Of a DNA stretch of 64,000 nt, positions 19,701 through 29,733 are shown in pieces. Each line of letters opens with the position of its first letter. Positions within the stretch are counted from its first letter, which is position 1. Under the pieces are notes generated by a model. The model saw nothing but the letters and a program-made list of their open reading frames with translations, was not told where the DNA came from and did no database searches. This DNA is from Actinobacteria bacterium HGW-Actinobacteria-4 (GTDB taxonomy: Bacteria; Actinomycetota; Actinomycetes; Actinomycetales; Demequinaceae). The stretch covers positions 183 to 64,182 of the forward strand of contig PHEW01000014.1 in assembly GCA_002841315.1 (NCBI GenBank), given 5' to 3'. The position numbers were made by a program, and so were the translations under genes.

Positions 19701-20369
19701 CAGCCGTACGTGCGTGAACAGCAAGAGAAGCGGCTACGCAACGCCGAGCGCGCCATGAACCAGTTGGGGCGGGTGAACCCGCTCGCACTCGAGGAGTTCG
19801 CGGCGCTCGAGGAGCGTCACAAGTTCCTCACCGACCAGGTGGCGGACATCAAGAAGTCCCGCGAGGACTTGATGGAGATTGTGCGCGAGATCGACGCGCG
19901 AGTCGAGCAGATATTTGCGTCCGCCTTCCACGACACCGCGCGGGAGTTCGAATCGATCTTCCCGCGGCTGTTCCCCGGCGGCGAGGGGAAGCTGGTGCTG
20001 ACGGACCCGGGCAACATGCTCGAGACCGGCATCGAGGTCGAGGCCCGCCCGGCTGGCAAGAAGGTCAAGCGACTGTCGCTGTTGTCCGGCGGTGAGCGGT
20101 CGCTGACCGCCGTCGCGATGCTTGTGGCGATCTTCAAGGCGCGCCCCAGCCCGTTCTACGTCATGGATGAGGTAGAGGCGGCGCTCGACGACGCCAACCT
20201 GGGACGCCTGCTGGACATCTTCCGCGAACTGCGCGACAACTCCCAGCTGATTGTCATCACACACCAGAAGCGCACCATGGAGGTAGCGGACTCGCTGTAC
20301 GGCGTCACGATGCGCGGCGACGGCGTCACCACGGTGATCTCGCAACGGCTGACCGACGACGCCGCGTAG
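16800..20369 (+). CDS. smc: chromosome segregation protein SMC
   Basis: GTG start. Walker A GPNGSGKSN, long Ala/Glu/Arg coiled coils, signature LSGGERSL, Walker B FYVMDEVEAALD. 1189 aa. Confidence 0.96.
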   Translation: MHLKTLTLRGFKSFASATTLEFEPGITCVVGPNGSGKSNVVDALAWVMGEQGAKTLRGGNMADVIFAGTAGRAPLGRAEVSLTIDNTDGALPIDYTEVTISRTLFRSGGSEYAINGSACRLLDIQDLLSDSGLGREMHVIVGQGQLDAVLRATPEDRRHFIEEAAGILKHRKRKEKALRKLDAMQANLTRVNDLTGEIRRQLGPLGKQAEVARQAQTIQADARDAKSRLLADDVAQLRSSLSQEQADESALLERRATVEKSLAEARARLVDLERESAEATPALTKANDLFYRLSAIRERLRNLASLADERLRMLGHTSDAAPPTDLVDLDEQVERAKAAGKELEAEVAAAERELTSAEAARKEAETQAEGSEKHLANLLRSVADRREGVARLAGEVSARRSRVESAEDEIGRLNEALADAEKRGNEANTEFQHLETTVASVEEGEEDLDQAHESATEEWEATKAALTDLKEALNTAMRERDTWAAKAEALELSLARKDGAGALLASGSRAVRGTVASMIDIAADAEDAIAAALGPLADALAVDSVEDAVDAMRWLRDEDAGRARFVVADADAKVANPSVTLPAGADWASELISGPAGIVDTVRAFVSGVAVVDDLAAARALVSAHRDVIAVTRRGDLLSAQNASGGAGDAPSVLHMQAALDEAKDKRQAAIAAVESTTFTIKTIEEREAEARARHEATLERLNESDARMAAVAEQLGQLGSAARAARSEAERLGAQLEEARARMAVDQAELTSLAERLAAAQAEPEQTEADTTEAQARRDEHAQAAVAARAKETEARLALRTSEERARALAARAESLERAANAERDARERAELAAQRRERQAQTAREVIAQAQAALTLIDVSVHNADNARAEVEAHRSERTAQLTEVRRAVDEYATEYSRLTDDAHKDELARAQHKVRLEQLEQRAVDELGMDPEKLVDEFGPHLPVPVSPASAESQADGEDGAPATQPYVREQQEKRLRNAERAMNQLGRVNPLALEEFAALEERHKFLTDQVADIKKSREDLMEIVREIDARVEQIFASAFHDTAREFESIFPRLFPGGEGKLVLTDPGNMLETGIEVEARPAGKKVKRLSLLSGGERSLTAVAMLVAIFKARPSPFYVMDEVEAALDDANLGRLLDIFRELRDNSQLIVITHQKRTMEVADSLYGVTMRGDGVTTVISQRLTDDAA

Positions 20370-20393
20370 GCGACGCGCCTTTGCCGGGACTCG

Positions 20394-21647
20394 CTAACGC
20401 GGGACGGAAGGTTCGAGTGTGACCGTGTACGCGCCGGGAGCGCTATCCGTGAACCACGAGAAGACCCCAACAGCGAACGTGCCTTGGGGGAAGGTCGCGT
20501 CGATCAGAATGCGTCCCGGGGTGGGGGCGGTGGCGTAGGGGTCATGGTCGGTGTAGGCGAACCGGACAGGTGCGCCGCCGGGGGAGGGACGCATCACTTC
20601 CATGGCGAGACTATCTCCCGACTGCGACGTCACTGTGAGTGTGTAGCGACCCGCCGCGGCGATGTCGAGACACACGACGTCCAGACCAGCTGGCATGGTG
20701 GCGTCATCGCCAGGACCCAGCACCGTGGCGCTGCCAGTGGCGCAGGTCGCATCCGTGACGTGAGTGAAACGCGGCGAAGGGTAGTCGTCGCGCCAGGTGG
20801 TGCCCTCGGTGTCGACATAGAGCGTGAAGTCCCCGGTGGGCTCCCCGAACCATGCGTAGGTGGCGATCAGGTACAAGCCTGGGACTGCGTCAAACGACAG
20901 CTCCGGGTCAAGGCCAAAGGCGTCGTCGTTGGCGCGGATCAGAGTGAAGCCTTCGCCGTCCGCACGGTAGACAGCGATTTGCAGGTCTGGATTGGCGTCA
21001 GAGTCGGCTGTCTGGGCGCCGACTTTGACGAACCGCTGGTCGGTGATCTCAAGGCATGCGAGCGTTGAGGTCGCAGTGCCAGCCATCCGGTCGCCGTGGG
21101 CAACCATCGGGATGCTGCCGCCGCACTGGTCAACGGAAGGCAGGTCGACTCCGGGGTTTGGGGCGTCGGTTGTTCCGCCGGTGGCCGCGGGGAACGCCGC
21201 CGTGTAGACCAAGAAGGCGGCCGCCAGCTGCTCTCCGGGGGTCGAGACGTGGCCAAAGTACGTCCCGGGCTCCAGCCTGAGCACCAGTTGAGGATCAATT
21301 CCGTCGCTACTCGCCGCGGCGCCCTGGAGTGCCGCATCTGCGTCTGTCACCTCAAGTACCAGCGGCTGTGTGACGTCGAGTGCCGCTGCGCCGATGGTGA
21401 CGTCTGATACCTGTTCGATCACAAAGCAAAAAGTGTCCGTGGGACCCAGCACTTGGGAGTTGAGTTCGATACGCTGAACATCGACGCCACCGCAGCCGTC
21501 TTCCGCTGAGACACTCTCGCGAGGAGTCACATCGGCGTCGTTGTTGGAAAATGCCAGCCAGAGCAGGGCTGCCCCAACCACAGCAACGCCGACGCCCATG
21601 GCCACCCACGTGCGAGTGCTGACGTTGTGAATGCGCCCGGGTTCCAT
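20394..21647 (-). CDS. membrane-anchored extracytoplasmic protein with three PPC (pre-peptidase C-terminal)-like repeats
   Basis: N-terminal TM (WVAMGVGVAVVGAALLWLAF). Three ~115-aa repeats, each with a spaced Cys pair (CGG...FCFVIEQ; CGG...ACLEITDQ; CATG...VCLDIAAAG) and a ...Y(L/T)(V/L)... ending. Confidence 0.65.
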   Translation of the reverse strand: MEPGRIHNVSTRTWVAMGVGVAVVGAALLWLAFSNNDADVTPRESVSAEDGCGGVDVQRIELNSQVLGPTDTFCFVIEQVSDVTIGAAALDVTQPLVLEVTDADAALQGAAASSDGIDPQLVLRLEPGTYFGHVSTPGEQLAAAFLVYTAAFPAATGGTTDAPNPGVDLPSVDQCGGSIPMVAHGDRMAGTATSTLACLEITDQRFVKVGAQTADSDANPDLQIAVYRADGEGFTLIRANDDAFGLDPELSFDAVPGLYLIATYAWFGEPTGDFTLYVDTEGTTWRDDYPSPRFTHVTDATCATGSATVLGPGDDATMPAGLDVVCLDIAAAGRYTLTVTSQSGDSLAMEVMRPSPGGAPVRFAYTDHDPYATAPTPGRILIDATFPQGTFAVGVFSWFTDSAPGAYTVTLEPSVPR

Positions 21648-21797
21648 GGTCTGAGACTAACTGACGGTCTCGCACAACGTTCTGTGGCTCCGGTGCGTTG
21701 TAGCCATTGGAAGCGGTTGCGCTTGGGCTTGAGCAGGTAGACAATCGGTGGAGTTGTTTCTTGTAGTCTTAACACAAAGAACCTGAGGAAGTGTCTG

Positions 21798-22109
21798 TTG
21801 TTTTCACACATGCAAGGCCCCCTGACGATCGCCTTGACGCTCTCGGTGATCGTGTTCGTGCTCGCGGCCATCGCCGACGGCAGGGGACTGCGAGCCGTGC
21901 GGTGGGTGGTGAGGTTCGCAGATGAGCAGTCCTCGGCTCGATCCGCCTCACGCAACGAGGCGTCGCCTCCTCAGGAGGCTTCCGTAGCGAGGCCCAAACC
22001 AACGGGGACGCGCCCGTCGCCTCCCCCTGGAGTTTCCGCCAACCTGGATAAGCACGCAGCCGTGCATGCGGGGAGCGACACTCGCAAGCGTGAGCTAAGC
22101 CGCCAGTAG
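21798..22109 (+). CDS. hypothetical small membrane protein
   Basis: One TM helix (LTIALTLSVIVFVLAAIA) with strongly GC3-biased codons, then a disordered Ser/Pro/Arg tail. No homolog recognised. Start could be ATG 21810. Confidence 0.4.
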   Translation: MFSHMQGPLTIALTLSVIVFVLAAIADGRGLRAVRWVVRFADEQSSARSASRNEASPPQEASVARPKPTGTRPSPPPGVSANLDKHAAVHAGSDTRKRELSRQ

Positions 22110-22134
22110 CGCATTCCCCTGACACACTGGACTC

Positions 22135-23361
22135 GTGGACAACTCCTGGATCCCCGGCGTCGCCAATGAGTTGACGCTTGCGTTGGCCGGCCTCGTTGCC
22201 GGGAGCGCAATTGGCCTAGCGTGGTGGCGTCGATCGCGAGATCACTCCCGTACGGGTCAGGCCGCACCGCCCTCGAAGCCCTCGGCTCCTCAGCCTGTCA
22301 AGCAGGCCAAGTCGCCCACCCGTCCTGCACCAGTCACGCCCACCGACGCTCCTGCGACGACGGAACCAGCACCGGCGCCACCCACGTCCGCGCCGTCCAC
22401 GGCTGTGCAGCCGCCTGCCCTACCGCCCACTGCGGCGATCGACGCTCCCGAGGCAAGCGGATCCCGGCTGGCCCGCTTGCGCTCACGCATCCGCGGCGGC
22501 CTGGGGGAGGCCCTCGCGTCGGTATTCCGAACCGCAGCTTTGACTGACGACGATTGGGACCTGCTCGAAGAGACCCTCCTGTTGGCGGACGTGGGGGCAG
22601 GCGCCACCGACGAACTCCTGACGGGCCTGCGAGCCCGACTCAAGGCGAACCCCGGGCTCACGCCTCGCGAGGCCCTGCGCGCGGAGTTGCTGGTGGTCGT
22701 CGATCCCGCGCGGGACCGCTCGCTCCAGCTGGGCTCGCCGGGAGATGGCGCGGTGGCGACCGCGGTGGTGGTGGGAGTCAACGGCGTGGGCAAGACCACC
22801 ACGGTGGCGAAGCTGGCGAGGGTACTCGTCGCGGACGGCCACACCGTCATGCTCGGAGCCGCCGACACCTTCCGCGCCGCTGCCGCCGACCAGTTACAGA
22901 CGTGGGGCGCGCGTGTGGGTGTGCCCGTGGTGCGCGCCGATCGCGAAGGCGCAGACCCGGCCTCGGTAGCGTTCACGGCCGCGAGCGCCGCGGTGGAAGC
23001 CGCGACGGACGTGCTGCTGATCGATACGGCTGGCAGGTTGCAGAACAAGCAAGGGCTGATGGACGAGCTCGGCAAGATTGTGCGCGTGCTGTCCAAAGTG
23101 CGCGAGCCCAGCGAAGTGCTTCTGGTTCTCGACGCGACCACGGGTCAGAACGGACTGGCACAGGCCAAGGTCTTTGGCGAGGTCGCGCCGCTCACGGGCA
23201 TCGTCCTCACCAAACTCGATGGCACTGCGAAGGGCGGGATCGTGATCGCCGTGCAACGTGAGCTTGGAGTCCCGGTGAAGTTCATCGGTTTGGGCGAGGG
23301 CCCTGACGACCTGGCACCCTTCGATGCCGAGCAGTTCGTCGACTCTCTGCTGGGCGAATAG
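22135..23361 (+). CDS. ftsY: signal recognition particle receptor FtsY
   Basis: GTG start. N-terminal hydrophobic and Pro-rich region, NG domain with GVNGVGKTTT, DTAGR, TKLDGTAKGG. Confidence 0.95.
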   Translation: MDNSWIPGVANELTLALAGLVAGSAIGLAWWRRSRDHSRTGQAAPPSKPSAPQPVKQAKSPTRPAPVTPTDAPATTEPAPAPPTSAPSTAVQPPALPPTAAIDAPEASGSRLARLRSRIRGGLGEALASVFRTAALTDDDWDLLEETLLLADVGAGATDELLTGLRARLKANPGLTPREALRAELLVVVDPARDRSLQLGSPGDGAVATAVVVGVNGVGKTTTVAKLARVLVADGHTVMLGAADTFRAAAADQLQTWGARVGVPVVRADREGADPASVAFTAASAAVEAATDVLLIDTAGRLQNKQGLMDELGKIVRVLSKVREPSEVLLVLDATTGQNGLAQAKVFGEVAPLTGIVLTKLDGTAKGGIVIAVQRELGVPVKFIGLGEGPDDLAPFDAEQFVDSLLGE

Positions 23362-23410
23362 TTCCCATTTACGCTCGCGGCAACACACCTTTTACCTGAG
23401 GGCTCATCTT

Positions 23411-23448
23411 GTAACGCTACGGAAACACGGCGGCGGTGCAGACGAAAC
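23411..23448 (+). promoter_or_regulatory. GlnR-type binding box upstream of amt-glnK-glnD
   Basis: GTAAC-n6-GAAAC-n6-GCGGT-n6-GAAAC matches the actinomycete GlnR a-site/b-site arrangement gTnAc-n6-GaAAc-n6-GtnAC-n6-GAAAc. The second a-site is degenerate. Confidence 0.6.
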
Positions 23449-23507
23449 CTCCGTAGGCGACGCTGAGCCTTGACTAGCCGACTGGCTAGGAAAAGGAGAA
23501 GCAGATA

Positions 23508-25102
<1,595 letters not shown>

Positions 25103-25122
25103 CTAGGACCGCTCCACTCATC

Positions 25123-26907
25123 ATGGCGAGTCCCGCAGGCGCTGCCCGCGGAGGCTCATCCGCTAAGGTCCCGCACCCCCAGGGGGTGCGGGACCTTAAG
25201 CGTGAGCGGCTCGATCTGGCCACCACCCTGCTCGCGGGAGGCAGGCCAGGCAAGGAGATCCGCCGCGAGGTCGCGGACCTCACTTTCAGGCGATTGAAGG
25301 AACACTGGGACGCGGTGGCCGCTGACCTCCAGCGCGGGGTGGCGCTTGGCGCCGTTGGGAGCGTGGGGCGCGGGGACGCCGGGCCAGCCTCGGACCTTGA
25401 CCTGGTGCTGCTCCACGATGGCAAGGCGCTGTCCAAAGCCGACGTCGCGAACCTTGCGCAGAAGCTCTGGTACCCCATCTGGGATGCGGGGCTCGAACTG
25501 GATTATTCGGCCCGCTCCATCACGGAGTGCCGCCAAGTTGCCTCGACCGACCTGGCGGCGGCCGCTGGCCTGCTAGACCTGCACGCCATTGCCGGGGATG
25601 CCGCGCTGGCACAACAGGCCCGGGCCGCGATCTACCAGGACTGGCGCAGTGCAGCCCGCAAGCGTCTGCCCGACCTCCTTGCGGCCTCCCGCGCCCGTGC
25701 GGAACGCTTTGGCGAACTCGCGTACCTCATCGAGCCGCACCTCAAGGAGGCCCGTGGTGGGCTGCGCGACTTCGTGAGCCTCACTGGACTGTCTGCCACG
25801 TGGCTCACTGATCGCCCCCACGGCGCGGTCGACGCCGCTGGCGAACACCTCATGGATGTTCGCGACATTATCCACCTCGAAACGGGGCGTGCACAGAACA
25901 TCGTGGGCCGTCACCTGGCCGATGACATCGCGGTCAGGATGAACTACGCGAGCGCCGATGACTTGTTGGCGTCGCTCGCGGAAGCCGGACGCGCGATTGC
26001 TTACGCCTTGGATACCACCGAACGAGGCGCGCGCCGCTCGCTCGAGCGATCCGGCATCGGCTCGAGGGCGTGGAAGGCGCGCCGTCGTGGAGGCGCGCCA
26101 CGGCATATTGAGGTGGCGCAAGGGCTCATTGACGTGGACGGTGAGCTCGCGTTGGCGCCCGACTACGCAGCGGAGACCGACGCGCTACTCCCATTGCGAG
26201 CTGCGTCACGTGCCGTCGCGACCGGGCTCACACTGACGCCCAGCCTGCTCGCCGCGCTCGAACGTTGTCCCGACCTCCCCGAACCGTGGCCGGTTGAGGC
26301 CAAAGAACACCTCAAGGAGCTTCTGCGCGGCGGCAGCGCACTGATCCCGGTGTGGGAAGCGATCGACCTTGCCGGGCTCGCAGTACGGTGGATTCCCGAG
26401 TGGGAAGGTGTGCGCAACCGCCCGCAACGCAGTCCTGTCCATCGGTTCACGGTTGACCGCCACATGCTCGAGACCGTGGTGCTCGCGCACAAGCTGCGCC
26501 GCAGCGTGGCGAACCCGGACCTGCTGCTCATGGGCGCGTGGCTGCATGACATCGGCAAGCGCCCCCTCGCCACCGACCACTCCATCGATGGTGCCGCCCT
26601 GGTCCCTGCGATCGCCGCGAGAATAGGCCTTGACAAGGCTTTCGCGGCAGACGTCGAACTCCTGGTACGTCATCACCTGACCCTGGCCGAGCTTGCGACC
26701 ACCCGTGACCCCAACGATCCGGCAACGGTGGACGAACTCCTGAGCGCCCTCGGCTACCGTCGTGACCTGCTTGAGACGCTGCGCGCCCTCACCGAAGCGG
26801 ATGCCAAAGCGGCAGGGCCAAAGGCGTGGACCACGTGGCGGGCTCAATTGATCGAGTCATTGACGGTCCGGGCCCGTGAGGCGCTCGCCGCCCGCGCCGC
26901 CGGGTAG
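25123..26907 (+). CDS. glnD: [protein-PII] uridylyl/adenylyl-transferase GlnD (short form without C-terminal ACT domains)
   Basis: Nucleotidyltransferase motif [19 protein letters not shown] and HD motif WLHDIGK. The ORF ends at 594 aa, 54 nt before ffh. Confidence 0.85.
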   Translation: MASPAGAARGGSSAKVPHPQGVRDLKRERLDLATTLLAGGRPGKEIRREVADLTFRRLKEHWDAVAADLQRGVALGAVGSVGRGDAGPASDLDLVLLHDGKALSKADVANLAQKLWYPIWDAGLELDYSARSITECRQVASTDLAAAAGLLDLHAIAGDAALAQQARAAIYQDWRSAARKRLPDLLAASRARAERFGELAYLIEPHLKEARGGLRDFVSLTGLSATWLTDRPHGAVDAAGEHLMDVRDIIHLETGRAQNIVGRHLADDIAVRMNYASADDLLASLAEAGRAIAYALDTTERGARRSLERSGIGSRAWKARRRGGAPRHIEVAQGLIDVDGELALAPDYAAETDALLPLRAASRAVATGLTLTPSLLAALERCPDLPEPWPVEAKEHLKELLRGGSALIPVWEAIDLAGLAVRWIPEWEGVRNRPQRSPVHRFTVDRHMLETVVLAHKLRRSVANPDLLLMGAWLHDIGKRPLATDHSIDGAALVPAIAARIGLDKAFAADVELLVRHHLTLAELATTRDPNDPATVDELLSALGYRRDLLETLRALTEADAKAAGPKAWTTWRAQLIESLTVRAREALAARAAG

Positions 26908-26961
26908 CCGCGAGCGTCCCGGGTAGGCTAGGACTTAATTTCTGGCCTTCGAAGGAGTCCT

Positions 26962-28563
26962 GTGTTCGCCAATCTTTCCGACCGCCTTACTGAGACCTTC
27001 CGCAATCTGCGCGGCAAGGGCAAGCTCTCTGAAGCGGACATTGACGGCACCATCCGGGAGATTCGCCGCGCGCTGCTGGACGCGGACGTCGCGGTCTCCG
27101 TGGTCAAGACGTTCACTGGCAACGTGCGCGAGCGGGCGCTTGGCGCGGAGGTTTCCGGCGCACTGAACCCTGCCCAGCAGGTCGTCAAGATCGTCAACGA
27201 GGAACTGGTGGCGATCCTCGGCGGGGAGACGCGCCCCCTCAAGTTCGCGAAGACCGGCCCCACGGTGATCATGCTCGCTGGGCTACAGGGAGCCGGCAAG
27301 ACCACCCTGGCAGGCAAGCTCGCGCACCACCTCAAGGAGCAGGGTCAGACCCCGCTCTTGGTGGCCGCCGACCTCCAGCGCCCCAACGCCGTGACCCAGC
27401 TTCAGGTGGTGGGCGAGCGAGCAGGCGTGCCGGTGTTCGCGCCGGAGCCCGGCGTCACCAGCGAGGACCAGAAGGTCAAGGGCAACCCGGTCAAGGTCGC
27501 CAAGGCCGCGATCAAGGAGGCGGTCAAGCGTCAGCATTCGGTGATCATTGTCGACACTGCGGGGCGGTTGGGTGTGGATGCCGAGCTCATGCAACAGGCC
27601 GGAGACATCCGTAAGGCGATCGACCCGCATGAGGTGCTGTTCGTCATCGACGCGATGATCGGTCAAGACGCCGTCGCCACGGCGAGCGCCTTCCAAGAGG
27701 GCGTGGACTTCACCGGGGTAGTGCTGACCAAGCTCGACGGCGACGCGCGTGGTGGCGCTGCGCTGTCCGTGGCTGAGGTCACGGGCCGTCCCATCATGTA
27801 CGCGTCCACGGGTGAGGGACTCACCGAGTTCGAGGTGTTCCACGCGGACCGCATGGCCTCGCGCATCCTCGACATGGGCGACGTCCTCACGCTGATCGAA
27901 CAGGCCGAGAAGACCTTCGATCAAGACGAGGCCGCGCGCATGGCCGGCAAGATGGCCAAGGGCGAAGACTTCACGCTGACCGACTTCCTGAGCCAGATGC
28001 AACAGCTCAAGAACATGGGCTCCATGAAGAAGATGCTGACCATGCTTCCCGGCATGGGGCAGATGCGCGACCAGATCGACAATTTTGACGAGCGCGAGCT
28101 GGTGCGCGCCGAGGCGATCATCCAGTCCATGACTCCCACCGAGCGCGAGAACCCCAAGGTGCTGAACGGGTCACGGCGCTCGCGGATCGCCGCGGGTTCC
28201 GGCACCACCGTGACGCAAATCAACAGCCTCATCAAGCGATTCGCCGACGCGCAAGTCATGATGCGCGCGATGGCCAAGGGCGGCGGGATGCCCGCGATGC
28301 CCGGCCAGGGCGGGGGAGCGCCTGGAGCGTTCGGCGGCATGCCCGGCGGCAAGAAGTCCAAAGGCAAGCAGGCGCCGCAGAAGAAGGTCAAAGGAAAGTC
28401 AGGCAACCCGGCCAAGCGCGCTGAGCAAGAGCAGGCTGCGAGGACGCGGTCTGACGGTGCGGCGGCGCCGGGCAGTGCCTTCGGCATCGGCGCCAAGGAG
28501 TCTCCGCAGGACCTCGACCCGTCGCAGTTGCCAGCGGATCTCAGCAAGTATCTAGGACGCTGA
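26962..28563 (+). CDS. ffh: signal recognition particle protein Ffh
   Basis: GTG start after GAAGGAG. GLQGAGKTT, DTAGR, TKLDGDARGG, Met-rich M domain, basic Gly/Lys tail. Confidence 0.96.
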   Translation: MFANLSDRLTETFRNLRGKGKLSEADIDGTIREIRRALLDADVAVSVVKTFTGNVRERALGAEVSGALNPAQQVVKIVNEELVAILGGETRPLKFAKTGPTVIMLAGLQGAGKTTLAGKLAHHLKEQGQTPLLVAADLQRPNAVTQLQVVGERAGVPVFAPEPGVTSEDQKVKGNPVKVAKAAIKEAVKRQHSVIIVDTAGRLGVDAELMQQAGDIRKAIDPHEVLFVIDAMIGQDAVATASAFQEGVDFTGVVLTKLDGDARGGAALSVAEVTGRPIMYASTGEGLTEFEVFHADRMASRILDMGDVLTLIEQAEKTFDQDEAARMAGKMAKGEDFTLTDFLSQMQQLKNMGSMKKMLTMLPGMGQMRDQIDNFDERELVRAEAIIQSMTPTERENPKVLNGSRRSRIAAGSGTTVTQINSLIKRFADAQVMMRAMAKGGGMPAMPGQGGGAPGAFGGMPGGKKSKGKQAPQKKVKGKSGNPAKRAEQEQAARTRSDGAAAPGSAFGIGAKESPQDLDPSQLPADLSKYLGR

Positions 28564-28573
28564 GGGTAGTCGC

Positions 28574-29671
28574 GTGGATGTGCTGCACCTCACCGGGCCG
28601 GTGGTCGTTGACGCTGACACCGAGCGACCCGAGGCCTGGGTGGTGCAGGGCAGGCTGACGTTCTCGCCCCCTGACGGGGCCACGACCATCACGCGCATTG
28701 ATGGCTTCGCGTTCCCTGGGCTCGCTGACCTGCATTGCCACGTGGGCCTCGATTCGGGCGGCGCCACTGATCTCGAACTCGCCGTCAAGCAGGCCATCGC
28801 GAACCGGGACGCCGGCACGTTGCTGATTCGCGACGCCGGCTCCGCGTCGCACACTGCCTTCCTGCATGAGCGCCGAGACGCACCGAAGCTCATCAGGGCG
28901 GGCAGGTTCATCGCGCGCCCCATGCGCTACCTGCGTGGCTACGCGCGCGAGATCGAGGTGGCCGACCTTCCCCGCGTGGTGGCAGAGGAGGCCCGGGACG
29001 GCGACGGCTGGGTCAAGATCATCGCCGACTGGATTGATCGCGACCTGGGGCCGGACGCAGACCTCACGCCGCTGTGGCCCTCCGACGTGCTCGCGGAGGC
29101 CGTGGCCGCCGCCCACGCCGAGGGCGCCAGGGTCACGGCGCACACTTTCGCGACGGAAAGCATTGATCCGCTCTTCGCGGCGGGGATCGACTGCATCGAG
29201 CACGGCACGGGCATGACGCGTGAGCACATGGCTGTCGCTGCGGACCGTGGCATTCCCGTGGTGCCCACGCTGCTGCAGGTGTCTCACTTTGGATCGTTTG
29301 CCGCCCAGGCTGGAGCCAAGTACCCGCGCTTCGCGGCACGCATGGAGGCGATGCACCAGCGCCGCTACGAGCAGGTACGCGCGCTTCATGACGCTGGTGT
29401 CACGTTGCTCATGGGCACCGATGCTGGTGGCACCATCGGTCACGGGTCTCTCGCCGATGAGGCCGCGGAGTGGGTCGCAGCGGGCATCCCCGCCAAGGAC
29501 GTAGTCGCGGCTGCCACCTGGAGCGCACGCGAATTCCTGAGGGTCGAGGGGCTCGCCGAAGGCGCGTCGGCCGATGTTGTGGTTTTTGCGGGCGACCCAC
29601 GGCAGGACATTGCGGCGCTCGCCGCTCCACAACACATCATCTTGCAGGGAATAGAGTACGGGGCACGATAG
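28574..29671 (+). CDS. amidohydrolase family protein
   Basis: Metal-binding DLHCHVG (HxH), later HTFA and EHGT motifs. 365 aa. Confidence 0.8.
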   Translation: MDVLHLTGPVVVDADTERPEAWVVQGRLTFSPPDGATTITRIDGFAFPGLADLHCHVGLDSGGATDLELAVKQAIANRDAGTLLIRDAGSASHTAFLHERRDAPKLIRAGRFIARPMRYLRGYAREIEVADLPRVVAEEARDGDGWVKIIADWIDRDLGPDADLTPLWPSDVLAEAVAAAHAEGARVTAHTFATESIDPLFAAGIDCIEHGTGMTREHMAVAADRGIPVVPTLLQVSHFGSFAAQAGAKYPRFAARMEAMHQRRYEQVRALHDAGVTLLMGTDAGGTIGHGSLADEAAEWVAAGIPAKDVVAAATWSAREFLRVEGLAEGASADVVVFAGDPRQDIAALAAPQHIILQGIEYGAR

Positions 29672-29733
29672 TTTGCTAGTGCAGAGTTATGCACTGTAGT
29701 CGCCTTGTCCCCTAAGTATCGGCAGGTATCCCC

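Noticed and set aside
18152-19724. Two very long antisense ORFs (480 and 467 aa) inside smc
   Set aside because: They lie opposite the Ala/Glu/Arg-rich coiled-coil region of a clearly conserved smc gene. Their products are low-complexity Ser/Ala/Arg strings typical of stop-poor antisense frames in high-GC DNA.
26908-26961. GlnD truncated by a frameshift (pseudogene)
   Set aside because: Only 54 nt separate the glnD stop from ffh, and no ACT-domain-like remnant is present in any frame. The short form therefore looks like the native gene, not a recent disruption.
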